IMG/VR virus record: IMGVR_UViG_3300045988_117831
Length of the DNA stretch: 64,000 nucleotides
Origin: a virus
Reading direction: 5' to 3' (one strand)
Both the position numbers and the translations under genes were made by a program. The notes below the pieces were generated by a model that was given only the letters and a program-made list of their open reading frames with translations, was not told the DNA's origin and made no database searches. This document shows positions 20,149-29,296 of this stretch, piece after piece; positions within the stretch are counted from its first letter, which is position 1, and every line of letters starts with the position of its first letter.

Positions 20149-20742
20149 TCAGAAGTAGCTGGTCACGCGATTATATAGCGATTTTGCGGCCGAAGATATC
20201 GAATCGCCGATGGCGCCCAAATCCAGCAAATTAGCATCAGAAAGAGATTGAATCTGTACCCCATAAGTCGGACTATCTTGAGGGAACGCAGGATCGAATT
20301 TATTCAATACTGGAGGCTCAACCTGCTCGAATTCCATATTGATCTCAGCCGCGTTCAACATGTCTGGAGACTGATCTACATCGAGCGCCATGATGGCCAT
20401 TTTATCGGCCAATATCGACTTAGAAGTGATAGCGAAAGTCGAGGTGTTATCATTGAAGGCGTTCATGATACTTTCAACGGTGGACAGGTCCGGACAGATA
20501 GCATTGATGCGGAGTCGCACCGGTTGGATGATCTTTCCATTCTTCACATCAATGTCCAGAGCTTCGGTGTACACTTGAGCTTCCGTCTGGTCTTTCGTCG
20601 CCAGAGGTTTCGACACTACGGAAGCCGGCGAGTAAATTTCCACTTTCTTGACTTGAAGACTCTTCCAGACAGGAAGTTTGGTGACATCATCGCGTATGGT
20701 GAGAGTAGGCGTGTTGAGAATAGACTTGAGGAAAGAGTTCAA
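20149..20742 (-). CDS. tail-module protein, paralog pair member B (197 aa)
   Basis: Alignable with the 20751-21290 product (..I.V..ICP..D.V..I..D.....ITS..TPDMISA/SPDMLNA..), suggesting a tandem duplication. Confidence 0.55.
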   Translation of the reverse strand: MNSFLKSILNTPTLTIRDDVTKLPVWKSLQVKKVEIYSPASVVSKPLATKDQTEAQVYTEALDIDVKNGKIIQPVRLRINAICPDLSTVESIMNAFNDNTSTFAITSKSILADKMAIMALDVDQSPDMLNAAEINMEFEQVEPPVLNKFDPAFPQDSPTYGVQIQSLSDANLLDLGAIGDSISSAAKSLYNRVTSYF

Positions 20743-20750
20743 TTGGCACC

Positions 20751-21290
20751 TCAGAACAAGTCTGCGGCGTTCTGGACGCCGTTCACTGCGTAGTCGAACA
20801 GATCGCCGGCCGAGCCAACCACGTCTTCAGCTAGGGCCAGCCCTCGGTCGATCATAGAAGAGTCCCCTGCATTTCTGAATATTATAGGCTTGGGATTCTG
20901 GACGAGAACTTGGGAGAATGTCAGCCGCGCAGGAGTCGCCGATATCATATCCGGAGTCTGATTGAGCGCTTCGCTGGTACACATCATCCGTTCGAATACC
21001 ATGCCGCGAGTGATGACTTTGTACAGTGTGTCGCGATCCAGGAGCAATTGATTGATCTGATCGACGACATCAATTGAAGGGCAAAATACTTCGACGATGA
21101 TTTCCATAGGGTGGATCGTTCTGGAATCCATCTTGGTCGTACCATCTTCCAGCATGTGGCGTTGCCCTACAGAAGAAAACCGGGTGTTGGCCCGGCTTAT
21201 CCTCAAATCCGCAGCAACTAGCTGGTTTGTGTTTTGGTCCACAATCGAAAAAGATCGCGAACTTAGGAGGCTGGTGAAAATCCCCAACAT
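20751..21290 (-). CDS. tail-module protein, paralog pair member A (179 aa)
   Basis: See the 20149-20742 entry. Confidence 0.55.
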   Translation of the reverse strand: MLGIFTSLLSSRSFSIVDQNTNQLVAADLRISRANTRFSSVGQRHMLEDGTTKMDSRTIHPMEIIVEVFCPSIDVVDQINQLLLDRDTLYKVITRGMVFERMMCTSEALNQTPDMISATPARLTFSQVLVQNPKPIIFRNAGDSSMIDRGLALAEDVVGSAGDLFDYAVNGVQNAADLF

Positions 21291-21793
21291 CAGACCACCT
21301 CCAGTACCGATTGGATAACGTTAGAAATGGCTTGACGCGCAGTCTGGGCGCCAAGATAGCTACCGAAAACAAAAGTGTACGTGTTGCCTTTGCGTCGTCC
21401 GTTGTTCTGTATGGTGTCGATGGCCGGACCCTTGATGATAGTCCCATTGGACAGAACGGTGCGGCCGCCATCAGGAAGAGTGGCCACGAGAGTCGTCATA
21501 TCCGGGATGATGCCCGGAAGAAATCGGAATGATCCCTTTTTGGAATTGAGAAGGATGCGAAGGTTAATATCATCCTCGCTCCCTGCGATGACGGATACAG
21601 ATACTTCCAGAGGAGCAGCCTTGTCAAAGGCGAATAGGCCGCCGTCATAAAGCATCTCATATCCGAACGGCTCCAGCTCTTTGGAGGATATCGGACTCTC
21701 ATCATCAGCGAACTTCGACAAGGAAAACCCCATCGGGAACGATGAGGCGGAAACTATTACAATTCCTGTGCCGAAGCCGCTGACGTTGATCAT
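21290..21793 (-). CDS. tail tube-like protein, second paralog
   Basis: The N-terminus MINVSGFGTGIVIVSASSFPMGFSLSKFADDESPI parallels the tube protein at 22906-23358 (MINISAFGSICQFTASRTFPNGFTVTEFADDADPI) and is of similar length. Confidence 0.65.
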   Translation of the reverse strand: MINVSGFGTGIVIVSASSFPMGFSLSKFADDESPISSKELEPFGYEMLYDGGLFAFDKAAPLEVSVSVIAGSEDDINLRILLNSKKGSFRFLPGIIPDMTTLVATLPDGGRTVLSNGTIIKGPAIDTIQNNGRRKGNTYTFVFGSYLGAQTARQAISNVIQSVLEVV

Positions 21794-21802
21794 GTCGAGT
21801 CC

Positions 21803-22234
21803 TTACTTGCTGGTGGTTTTGCGAGAGGTGGCCTTGGCGGGAGCCGGGGCTTCCTCTTCAGCGGCCGGCGAGGCCGTTTCCTCGGCCTTTTCTACTGGGG
21901 CGGTAGTCGGGGCTTCCTCAGCGCCTTTCTCGTCGCCTTGGCCCGCTGCAGGAGCTTCCTGGGCGCCTTCCGGGGCCGATTCGGCCGCAGGAGCGTCGGT
22001 CGATACCGGAGCCGGGATGGTTCCGCCGTTGTCGACATTGGAATCGACGTTTACCGGGGGAACGGGAAGACCGGCCGGCGAGGAGTCGCCCTTGTCGGTG
22101 TTCTTTTCGCGGTCCAGGCCTTCCAGATCTTCGACAGACGGGTTAAACGAGGGCAGCGGGTCCAGGGGCGGCGGATTTTTGCCGTCCAGGAACAGTTGGG
22201 TGCCGTTGGCGTATTGGATGCGGATGGTACTCAT
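21803..22234 (-). CDS. Pro/Ala/Glu-rich low-complexity tail-module protein
   Basis: Start taken at the ATG giving MSTIRIQYANG.., which abuts the upstream stop; the longer ORF-track start overlaps the upstream gene. Confidence 0.45.
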   Translation of the reverse strand: MSTIRIQYANGTQLFLDGKNPPPLDPLPSFNPSVEDLEGLDREKNTDKGDSSPAGLPVPPVNVDSNVDNGGTIPAPVSTDAPAAESAPEGAQEAPAAGQGDEKGAEEAPTTAPVEKAEETASPAAEEEAPAPAKATSRKTTSK

Positions 22235-22235
22235 T

Positions 22236-22586
22236 TCAAACTCCTGTGGTAACAGGCCCGTGGATGGTGATGACTTTCGCATCGACGCCGAAGACTTCCC
22301 CGGTTATGTCGATGTCAAGCTGCTCGATGCCGGTCACATCCGGCGAGGATAAAATTGCATCCGCGATGGATTTGCGAGCGTCATCATAGCTTTTCTGCGG
22401 CGAGAAGATGTATTCGAAATATCCCACACCGGAGTTCACATCGAAAATGTTTTCGCCGGTGCGCATGAGCATCGCCGCCCGAACGTCCTGGGCGCACGCT
22501 TCGACATCCCTGAGGATAACCATGTTTCCATTGTCGTCCAAAAGGATATCGTTGTTCGTCCCGGTTCTGATCGTTGATGTGCTCAT
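22236..22586 (-). CDS. hypothetical tail-module protein (116 aa)
   Basis: ATGA-coupled to the upstream gene (start MSTSTIRTG..). Confidence 0.5.
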   Translation of the reverse strand: MSTSTIRTGTNNDILLDDNGNMVILRDVEACAQDVRAAMLMRTGENIFDVNSGVGYFEYIFSPQKSYDDARKSIADAILSSPDVTGIEQLDIDITGEVFGVDAKVITIHGPVTTGV

Positions 22587-22906
22587 TCTTTCCTCGTGGC
22601 AAGCGCCTGATACTCGGCGAATTCGGCGCCGTCCAGATAGAACAGGTTGATGCCGTCGCCGAACAATGTCCAATCGGCGTCGCGGTCGAAGACGAAATTG
22701 CCATAGTCAGGTCGGTACTGATGGCTGTATTGGAGAAGAGGAATCCCGCCGAAGCAGCGGACCCCATGGCAAACGATCACGCCGTCGCGGCTGATATCGG
22801 CATTCATCATGTCCATGTTCTGGTACAGGCGAATCTTCCAATAGCTGCTACCGGCGTTAAATGAGATCGCTTGATTGGGGACTGCTGTCAGCGGAATTTT
22901 CTTCAT
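22583..22906 (-). CDS. hypothetical tail-module protein (107 aa)
   Basis: Abuts the tube gene. Confidence 0.5.
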   Translation of the reverse strand: MKKIPLTAVPNQAISFNAGSSYWKIRLYQNMDMMNADISRDGVIVCHGVRCFGGIPLLQYSHQYRPDYGNFVFDRDADWTLFGDGINLFYLDGAEFAEYQALATRKE

Positions 22907-23358
22907 CAGCTAGTACCGGCTTTGATCACTTTTTCAAATCGGAACCGATACGGCTTGGTCTTCAGACGGCCGACGCTTGCCACCGCGTTGATCAGAACGC
23001 CGTCGATTGGGGTGCCGTTGGTGCAGGTGATTTTGCTGCCGTCCGGCATCGCCACGACCAAACCGACGACATCACGAGCGCCCGACTTGTCCTTTCCGGT
23101 GCGGTTGGCATCCAGCAGGACTGCCAGGTTGCGCTCGCCCTCGGTATTCGGAATGACGTTGACGACTACTTCCAGGATGTTCGCCCGGTTCCAAACTACC
23201 ATGTCACCGTTGAGACCGACGCCGGTATCGGCAGCGGTGAACGGCGGGCTGTCGATGGGATCGGCATCGTCGGCGAACTCGGTGACGGTGAATCCGTTCG
23301 GGAAAGTTCTGCTTGCCGTGAACTGGCAGATCGAGCCGAACGCAGAAATGTTGATCAT
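22906..23358 (-). CDS. tail tube protein
   Basis: 150 aa immediately downstream of the sheath gene; see paralog at 21290-21793. Confidence 0.7.
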   Translation of the reverse strand: MINISAFGSICQFTASRTFPNGFTVTEFADDADPIDSPPFTAADTGVGLNGDMVVWNRANILEVVVNVIPNTEGERNLAVLLDANRTGKDKSGARDVVGLVVAMPDGSKITCTNGTPIDGVLINAVASVGRLKTKPYRFRFEKVIKAGTS

Positions 23359-23416
23359 TGCTTATTCCTCACTCCATTTATGGAAGGTAGCGGCGGATCG
23401 AGTCCGCCGCAAACCA

Positions 23417-24931
23417 TTAGATCATCACGTCCGATCCTTCGACGAAGCGGATGGCATCGCCCTTCGAATAGATCAGCGTGTAGTTGGCCTTCCACTCGGT
23501 CAAGCCAGTGTTGCTGTTGGTATAGCTGGAGAAGGTGATGTTGATCCAGTAACCCAGGGTTTGGACTTGACGCCAGGCGCGGCGATCACCGGTGACTTGG
23601 GTGATGTACTGCTGCTGGACGGCGCTGATTTCCTTGCCGTAGGTGAACGTGCCGTTGGCTGTCGCCTTGTCCAGAACCGGCTGCAGCACCGCCAGGGTCA
23701 TCGCCTCGCCAGTGCTGCTCGCCGGGACCGCATTGACGTTCAGGAACAGGTCCAGGAGCGCTTGAGCGATAGCCGACTTCAGCCAGATTTCGTTGGCATA
23801 GACGTTCATGTCCACCGCATCGGTCGGACCGCCGCACAGAATGCCGCGCTGGTAGAACGCGAGTTGCTGGCCATTGGCCTGGGTGACGCCGATGTAGTTG
23901 CCCCGGCTCTTGTCGACGGTGTTCGCAACGGTATCGTCGGAAACAGTGATGTTGCGGCCAGGGAATTGGTAGTACATGTAGTTTTGCGAAGCGCCCGGCT
24001 CATCGTAGTTGGTGGCAGCCAGAATCTCGCTGGGGCACTGCTCCACGAAGTCGTTGGCAGCAGTCGCCGACAGCACGTTCAGGGCGGTCCCGGCGTTGCC
24101 ATTCACCAAGGTGAAAAGAGTGCCGAGGTTCGCCAGGGAAGTAGCGACCGTGTAGATGAACTGGTTGTTCTGAGCCGCGTTCCAGGCCGACACGGCCTTG
24201 ATCTGGTCATTGTCGAGCGGCGCACCGGCGAACAGGAACGAACCGAAGTTGTTGCTGACATTGGTGCTCTTGGCAACGGCCGCGTCGGGAAGATCGGCAG
24301 CCTGGCCGGCGACGTTGACGACGTTGGAGGTGGACCAGCCGAGGGCGGTGGACATGTCCTGGGGGTCGGCAGATTTCGCCACGGCCAGGACGCCGGTACC
24401 AATGGTGGCGCCGACCAAGGTGAACTGGTTGGCGTTCTGATTCCAGGTAACGGTAGCCTGGGCCAGCTGCGGGTCAGCGTTCTTGCGGATTTCGGTCTGG
24501 ATGATCGACGCCACGTTGTCCATAGAAGTCGCGGCGGACGTATCGATGGCGGTAATGTTCTGTTCGGCCGCGCCGACCATGATGGTCAGAACCCCTGCTG
24601 AGAAGCCGGCGAAATCGGCGATGGTCTTCGGCAGATTGTCACCAACAACCATCGGCGCGATGGCGGTGTTTACCCAGCGAGCGAAGCTGATGCTGGACGG
24701 CGAATTCACGCTTTTACTGATGAACTTGAAATAAGCCGCAGCCCGCTGATACTCTTCCGACTGCGCGCCGAAGTGTGACAGGACTGCGTTGGCGTTGTCG
24801 AACTCGATGACGATTCCGGGCGGGATGACGTTGTTGGTAGTCATGACGCGCAGAATCAGCTTTCGGCCTGCGACCGGAGCGCCTGCGCCTACGCCCGAAA
24901 TGATCCGGATATAACGGCTCTGACTGATCAC
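23417..24931 (-). CDS. contractile tail sheath protein
   Basis: 504 aa, typical sheath size and composition. N-terminus MISQSRYIRIISGVGAGAP..ILRVMTTN. Followed by the tube gene. Confidence 0.75.
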   Translation of the reverse strand: MISQSRYIRIISGVGAGAPVAGRKLILRVMTTNNVIPPGIVIEFDNANAVLSHFGAQSEEYQRAAAYFKFISKSVNSPSSISFARWVNTAIAPMVVGDNLPKTIADFAGFSAGVLTIMVGAAEQNITAIDTSAATSMDNVASIIQTEIRKNADPQLAQATVTWNQNANQFTLVGATIGTGVLAVAKSADPQDMSTALGWSTSNVVNVAGQAADLPDAAVAKSTNVSNNFGSFLFAGAPLDNDQIKAVSAWNAAQNNQFIYTVATSLANLGTLFTLVNGNAGTALNVLSATAANDFVEQCPSEILAATNYDEPGASQNYMYYQFPGRNITVSDDTVANTVDKSRGNYIGVTQANGQQLAFYQRGILCGGPTDAVDMNVYANEIWLKSAIAQALLDLFLNVNAVPASSTGEAMTLAVLQPVLDKATANGTFTYGKEISAVQQQYITQVTGDRRAWRQVQTLGYWINITFSSYTNSNTGLTEWKANYTLIYSKGDAIRFVEGSDVMI

Positions 24932-24946
24932 TGGATGATCTCCTGG

Positions 24947-25528
24947 TTATGTTACTCTGCTGCTAATCGATTGAAGCATGTGCGCCGTATCGACCAGCGG
25001 TCTGTTGAATCCCTTTCTCCTGACCGTAGATGCTGAGTTAGCCACCCATGGCCCGGTCCTGATGCTTCTGGCTATGTATCCTTCCAATGCCAGGCCGATC
25101 TGGGCAAGAGCTTGATCTGGAGTGATCTGTCCTCTGGCCAGCCTCATGGCTATCCGGTTCTGGATTGCGGCGCGATCTGCGGAAAACAAGTTCCAAGCAT
25201 ATCGCATAAACGGTCTAGCCGGGATGGTAATTCTGTGAGGCTTAGTTACCTCGGTTTCTCCCGGAAAGTCGTTTCTGACGAACCGAACGCCAACAAACCG
25301 GCCCCGAACAATGGCGTCCCTAATATACCTGGTCCCGCCCGGATGGTCGATAGTTCCGCCGTACTCATTGAGACGTGCGATTCTCGCGACTTGTATTCCG
25401 ACCGATCCGCCTGCCTTGTCAGGATATCGAGCCGTGGAATACCATCCGGCTGAAACGGACCTGCCGCGCATGGCTCTTAACATCTGGAGGTGCGCGGCGA
25501 TTAGCTCTGAATCGCGCCTCAGGCTCAT
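24947..25528 (-). CDS. putative head-tail joining / tail terminator protein (193 aa)
   Basis: Positional, immediately upstream of the sheath gene. Confidence 0.45.
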   Translation of the reverse strand: MSLRRDSELIAAHLQMLRAMRGRSVSAGWYSTARYPDKAGGSVGIQVARIARLNEYGGTIDHPGGTRYIRDAIVRGRFVGVRFVRNDFPGETEVTKPHRITIPARPFMRYAWNLFSADRAAIQNRIAMRLARGQITPDQALAQIGLALEGYIARSIRTGPWVANSASTVRRKGFNRPLVDTAHMLQSISSRVT

Positions 25529-26076
25529 ATGCCTATCAATACCCCATCGGCCGAATATGCTGCGTTTTCGTACAGGCGAATATATTGGTTGTAAGTTACA
25601 ACCATGTCAAAACTTGGGTGGAATTCGAACTGGTGATTGTCGTTCTCGAATGCCTCGTTGGAAATTTGAGACACGCGAAGAATGAGGAAGTCCAGTTCCT
25701 TTACGCGCTCAATTGTGGATCGAGCTTGGAAATAAGCTCTCACATAGTTGGCGATATCAGAAGCCGTAACCACGTGAGTGATTTCAGGATTCTGCCAATG
25801 AAGGGAACTGATCTGGAAAGTCGTCTCTACATGCTGTCGAGTTATTTCCACATATTTGCGGGCCGTGTTGTCCAGGTACCAATCGGTGGCAGGCCAGCCG
25901 CGAGGAATGTCAAACAGTTTCTGGAAAAAGATGGTCGGCCTGGTTGACGTCCCCTGTTGGGTCGGCTGAGCTTTCTGGACGACTTCAAAATCCGGGAACT
26001 GCAAAGCCTCTTGAGCAGATGCCATCGCCGCATTCAGCTCGACAACCATTTTCGCTATCAGTTCGCCGTCAAACAT
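25525..26076 (-). CDS. hypothetical neck/connector protein (183 aa)
   Basis: Start at MFDGELIAK.. with an AGGTGG SD; the longer ORF-track start overlaps the upstream gene. Confidence 0.5.
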   Translation of the reverse strand: MFDGELIAKMVVELNAAMASAQEALQFPDFEVVQKAQPTQQGTSTRPTIFFQKLFDIPRGWPATDWYLDNTARKYVEITRQHVETTFQISSLHWQNPEITHVVTASDIANYVRAYFQARSTIERVKELDFLILRVSQISNEAFENDNHQFEFHPSFDMVVTYNQYIRLYENAAYSADGVLIGI

Positions 26077-26083
26077 ACACCAC

Positions 26084-26482
26084 CTAGAAAGTCGGTTTCC
26101 CGTCATCAGTGAGCTTGGCCGCACCGATATCCACGGCCAGGCAAACTCCCCAGCCGTCCTGATAAAACCAGGAGCCTTGAGACTCCAGCTGAAAAACTCT
26201 TCCAGTCCAGAGGAACTGGTCACCGGCCATATTGCGATCCAAGTCAACCATATCAAAGTTGGCGAAGATCATAACATAATTCCGTTGGAACTCCAGATTA
26301 AACTGGGCATACTGATCGCGTCGGACTCGCTGGACAGACGCTGCCAGGTCGAAAGGCTCCCCGAACATGGAGACATACTGGGCTTGATCATTCTTCACTC
26401 GCTGCTCAAACTTGCGATATCTCACAATTTGAGTGCCGATGACCCCGAAGGCCATTCGCAGAAGATTCGCGCCAGGGATCAC
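26084..26482 (-). CDS. hypothetical neck/connector protein (about 133 aa, GTG start)
   Basis: GTG at 26482 overlaps the upstream stop (GTGA) with GGAGGG 8 nt upstream. The 232-aa ORF-track version has an Arg-rich N-terminus that lies antisense to the upstream gene and is rejected. Confidence 0.45.
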   Translation of the reverse strand: MIPGANLLRMAFGVIGTQIVRYRKFEQRVKNDQAQYVSMFGEPFDLAASVQRVRRDQYAQFNLEFQRNYVMIFANFDMVDLDRNMAGDQFLWTGRVFQLESQGSWFYQDGWGVCLAVDIGAAKLTDDGKPTF

Positions 26483-26946
26483 CAGAACGTCCCTCCAACC
26501 TTCCGGAAGCCTCGGCGCTCTGGAAGGCCGCCGATATAGAATCCGCCCACAGACTTGACGCTGAGGAGCGCCCAAAGCTCTTGGCCGTAAGGCGTCCCGG
26601 ACAGCCACCACTGCCAACCATTCTTGGCCGGGGGCGCGAGCTTGGCCACGCTGACCTCGCCGACCGTAGCGCTGGTGATGAAACCGCCTTGGGTCCCACC
26701 GGCAGTGACGCCACCTCCAGCCGCGCCCTGAACTTGCATCGTGGAAAGCGACAGGAGGTGGGCGGTCAGAAGATACAGGCACGCTTCCAGGGCTTTGCCA
26801 TTGAGAATCCGGTATGGCGAATCGCGATCAGAAATGAATTCGCACGCAATGTCGAAATACATCTGCAGGCGCACGTCCGGATAAGCGGCTGGATCAGCAA
26901 ACTCCGGAAACAGCGTGCGAAACTTATTTTCGTCGAAAATCACCAT
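26479..26946 (-). CDS. DUF4054-like head-tail connector protein
   Basis: N-terminus ..FRTLFPEFADPAAYPDV.. is typical of the DUF4054 family. Confidence 0.55.
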   Translation of the reverse strand: MVIFDENKFRTLFPEFADPAAYPDVRLQMYFDIACEFISDRDSPYRILNGKALEACLYLLTAHLLSLSTMQVQGAAGGGVTAGGTQGGFITSATVGEVSVAKLAPPAKNGWQWWLSGTPYGQELWALLSVKSVGGFYIGGLPERRGFRKVGGTFW

Positions 26947-26960
26947 GCCGAAACCCTCGG

Positions 26961-27398
26961 TTAAATCCGGAACTCTTGTTCCTGGGAAGCGCTGGCTGTG
27001 GTCACCTTGATTTTCTGCTGCAGGCGAGTAGCATCCAGAGGCTGGAATCCATCGCGCTCCATGGTGCGAGTCTCTTTGGAAATCCGCTGGTGGTCACTGG
27101 TGATGTCGGTCTTCACGACTCGCAGATAACCCTTCTCCATGTGACGCATGAAAATCTTATTGGCCTGAAGCAGCTCGAAATCCGAATCGCTCACGGCAGT
27201 GCAATCGCCCTGTGGGGTCCAGATCGGACGTCCTGCCTCGTCGGAAATCATGTCGCCGAAGCCGGAAGTTTCGGATGCGATGCCTGCGCGGCCGCGAATC
27301 AGAATCTTTCGCTGGAGGCGAGGATTGGACGGATCAGAGGTGTCATACGCATTGTAAGACACCGATTGAGTCATGGAGGAAACGATATAAACAGTCAT
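26961..27398 (-). CDS. hypothetical head protein (145 aa) downstream of the capsid gene
   Basis: Positional. Confidence 0.45.
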   Translation of the reverse strand: MTVYIVSSMTQSVSYNAYDTSDPSNPRLQRKILIRGRAGIASETSGFGDMISDEAGRPIWTPQGDCTAVSDSDFELLQANKIFMRHMEKGYLRVVKTDITSDHQRISKETRTMERDGFQPLDATRLQQKIKVTTASASQEQEFRI

Positions 27399-27499
27399 TG
27401 GCGTAGTCCTAGTAATTATGCCCTAACCGGCCCCTACAACCGAGTTAGAGTCAGAGTGAACAAAGGCCGGAAGCCCGGCCTTTGGTGAATAGGCATCTG

Positions 27500-28648
27500 T
27501 TAGATGCCGAGGTAGCGCACCACAGCCCACGGACGCTTGCACAGCGCACCGGCGGTGCCGTTGGAGAAGTCTTCCACGTACGACTTCGCCCGCTTTTCGA
27601 CACCCAGGGTGATGAACTTGCTCTGTACCAGCTGGCTGAACACGCTGCCGCCATCGGTGCTGCCATCGACGGCCGCGTTCACGTCTTCGACGAAGAGCAC
27701 CAGAGCATCTTCCGGCTCTTGGTTTTTCATCTGGACGCCGGACAATTCCGGAGCCGACACGATCCGCATTTTCGGATAGGTCTGTTCGATCCAGTCCGAA
27801 ACCGAAATGCCGTAAGGCGTGGTTACCGACAGGTAGTCCACCTTGCTGGTGGCCAGGGCCAGAGTGATCTTTTCCGCCTTCGGATCGATCTGATCTTGGC
27901 TCTGAATACGCAGCTGGCGAACGGCCTCGCGGATGTCGCCGATGATGCCTGCCCAGTCGGCAGTGGACCAGCCCTGGCTCGGCGGGGTCTGGAATGCCGG
28001 CAGGTTGGGATCGTTCAGGAAACCATAGGTGCGGTTGCCCAGGCCGCTCTGCCAGCCATAAAAGCCGATGGCGTTGCGGAAGATTTCCAGACCGATGGCC
28101 GCCTGTTGGCGTTTGGTTTCGGCGCTGTTCAGCCGGATGGCCGAGGCACGACCCTCTTCCAGGGTGCCCACCATCATACCCAGCTCGCCACGAACGATGG
28201 TGCGACGTTCGAAGTTGGCGTTCCAGCTGGTCAGCGGGATGTTGGTGTGGTCGCCGTATTCCACCGCAGTGCCGGCCGGCTCCACGATGCCCTGGACGAT
28301 TTCTTGATCTTCCCAGGAGCCAACGGTATCGATGCCGATGATTTCGTCGATCTTCCGTGCAGCGGTCATGACCTTCACGAAGCCCGGCAACCAGGTCTGC
28401 AGGAACTGGATGGGAGTCGGGATGGACGGCGTGGTCACCGGGGCGGTGAAGTTGCTGTCCATGGCCGAGCCGGAGCGGAACGCGCCGGCCTTCGCCAAGG
28501 CCTTGATCTGGTCCTGGACGACGGCGTGATCGAATACCAGGCCGATGCGGCGCAGAGACGCCACGGCGTCATTGGTGATGTTTTTCAGGTCGAAAGGTTT
28601 CGCATTGCGGCCTGCGAGGCGCGAATGGGTCTTGCTGATCTGGCTCAT
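27500..28648 (-). CDS. major capsid protein (DUF2184/encapsulin-like HK97-fold family)
   Basis: 382 aa. Position after the DUF2213-like protease/scaffold. Strong SD and the best - strand start context in the module. Confidence 0.75.
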   Translation of the reverse strand: MSQISKTHSRLAGRNAKPFDLKNITNDAVASLRRIGLVFDHAVVQDQIKALAKAGAFRSGSAMDSNFTAPVTTPSIPTPIQFLQTWLPGFVKVMTAARKIDEIIGIDTVGSWEDQEIVQGIVEPAGTAVEYGDHTNIPLTSWNANFERRTIVRGELGMMVGTLEEGRASAIRLNSAETKRQQAAIGLEIFRNAIGFYGWQSGLGNRTYGFLNDPNLPAFQTPPSQGWSTADWAGIIGDIREAVRQLRIQSQDQIDPKAEKITLALATSKVDYLSVTTPYGISVSDWIEQTYPKMRIVSAPELSGVQMKNQEPEDALVLFVEDVNAAVDGSTDGGSVFSQLVQSKFITLGVEKRAKSYVEDFSNGTAGALCKRPWAVVRYLGI

Positions 28649-28657
28649 GACGCCTCC

Positions 28658-29293
28658 TTACTGCGTGAGCTGGACGATGGTAACGCCAGCAACCAGATTC
28701 CCCGCCGACTGGGCCGGCAGACTGATGGCGTTAACGATGCGTGCGTTGGGAATCTGGACCAAGCCGGTCGGCATGGAGCCAGCCTTGAAGCCAACCAGGG
28801 CGCCGGCCGGCAGGCCAAGCGCGTTGTCGGCGGTAGGCAGGTTGTTTGGTACATAGGCGACCAGGTCACCATAGTCCAGGTCCAGGGCGGTTGCGGCGCC
28901 GTTGAAAATTTCGACGACCAGGCCGGTGGCCATGTCGAAGAACTCGCCTTCGGCGCCATCGGGCAGATCATAGCTGGGAGCCAGGGAGTCTCCGGCCGAA
29001 CCGAACAGCGCATAGTGCTTCGGATGACCGAGGACACCAAAGAAGTTGGCGCCGCCGATCACGACTTCAGAAGCGCGAGCCGCGATAGTCTTCGGCTGAC
29101 CTTCGCCGAGGGAGCTGACGTCACCGGCGTAACCGAAAGCGCGACTGATGCGGTTGGGGCCGGTGGCGGTGGCAGCCGGATTTACGGCAGACAGAGACAT
29201 GATTCGACCCGGCCGCGCCCGCTTCGGGCCGTCCTCGATCAGATCGCCCGGAAAACCAGGAGTGTACTGGCGGTAAACTTGTTTCTGGAACAT
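28658..29293 (-). CDS. hypothetical head protein between scaffold and capsid genes (decoration or scaffold-like?)
   Basis: 211 aa, Gly/Ala-rich. Confidence 0.5.
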   Translation of the reverse strand: MFQKQVYRQYTPGFPGDLIEDGPKRARPGRIMSLSAVNPAATATGPNRISRAFGYAGDVSSLGEGQPKTIAARASEVVIGGANFFGVLGHPKHYALFGSAGDSLAPSYDLPDGAEGEFFDMATGLVVEIFNGAATALDLDYGDLVAYVPNNLPTADNALGLPAGALVGFKAGSMPTGLVQIPNARIVNAISLPAQSAGNLVAGVTIVQLTQ

Positions 29294-29296
29294 GAG

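Noticed and set aside
26084-26782. 232-aa ORF-track protein overlapping the DUF4054-like gene.
   Set aside because: The N-terminal 100 aa are Arg-rich nonsense read antisense-frame over the upstream gene. A GTG with a GGAGGG SD at 26482 gives a sensible 133-aa protein coupled to the upstream stop.
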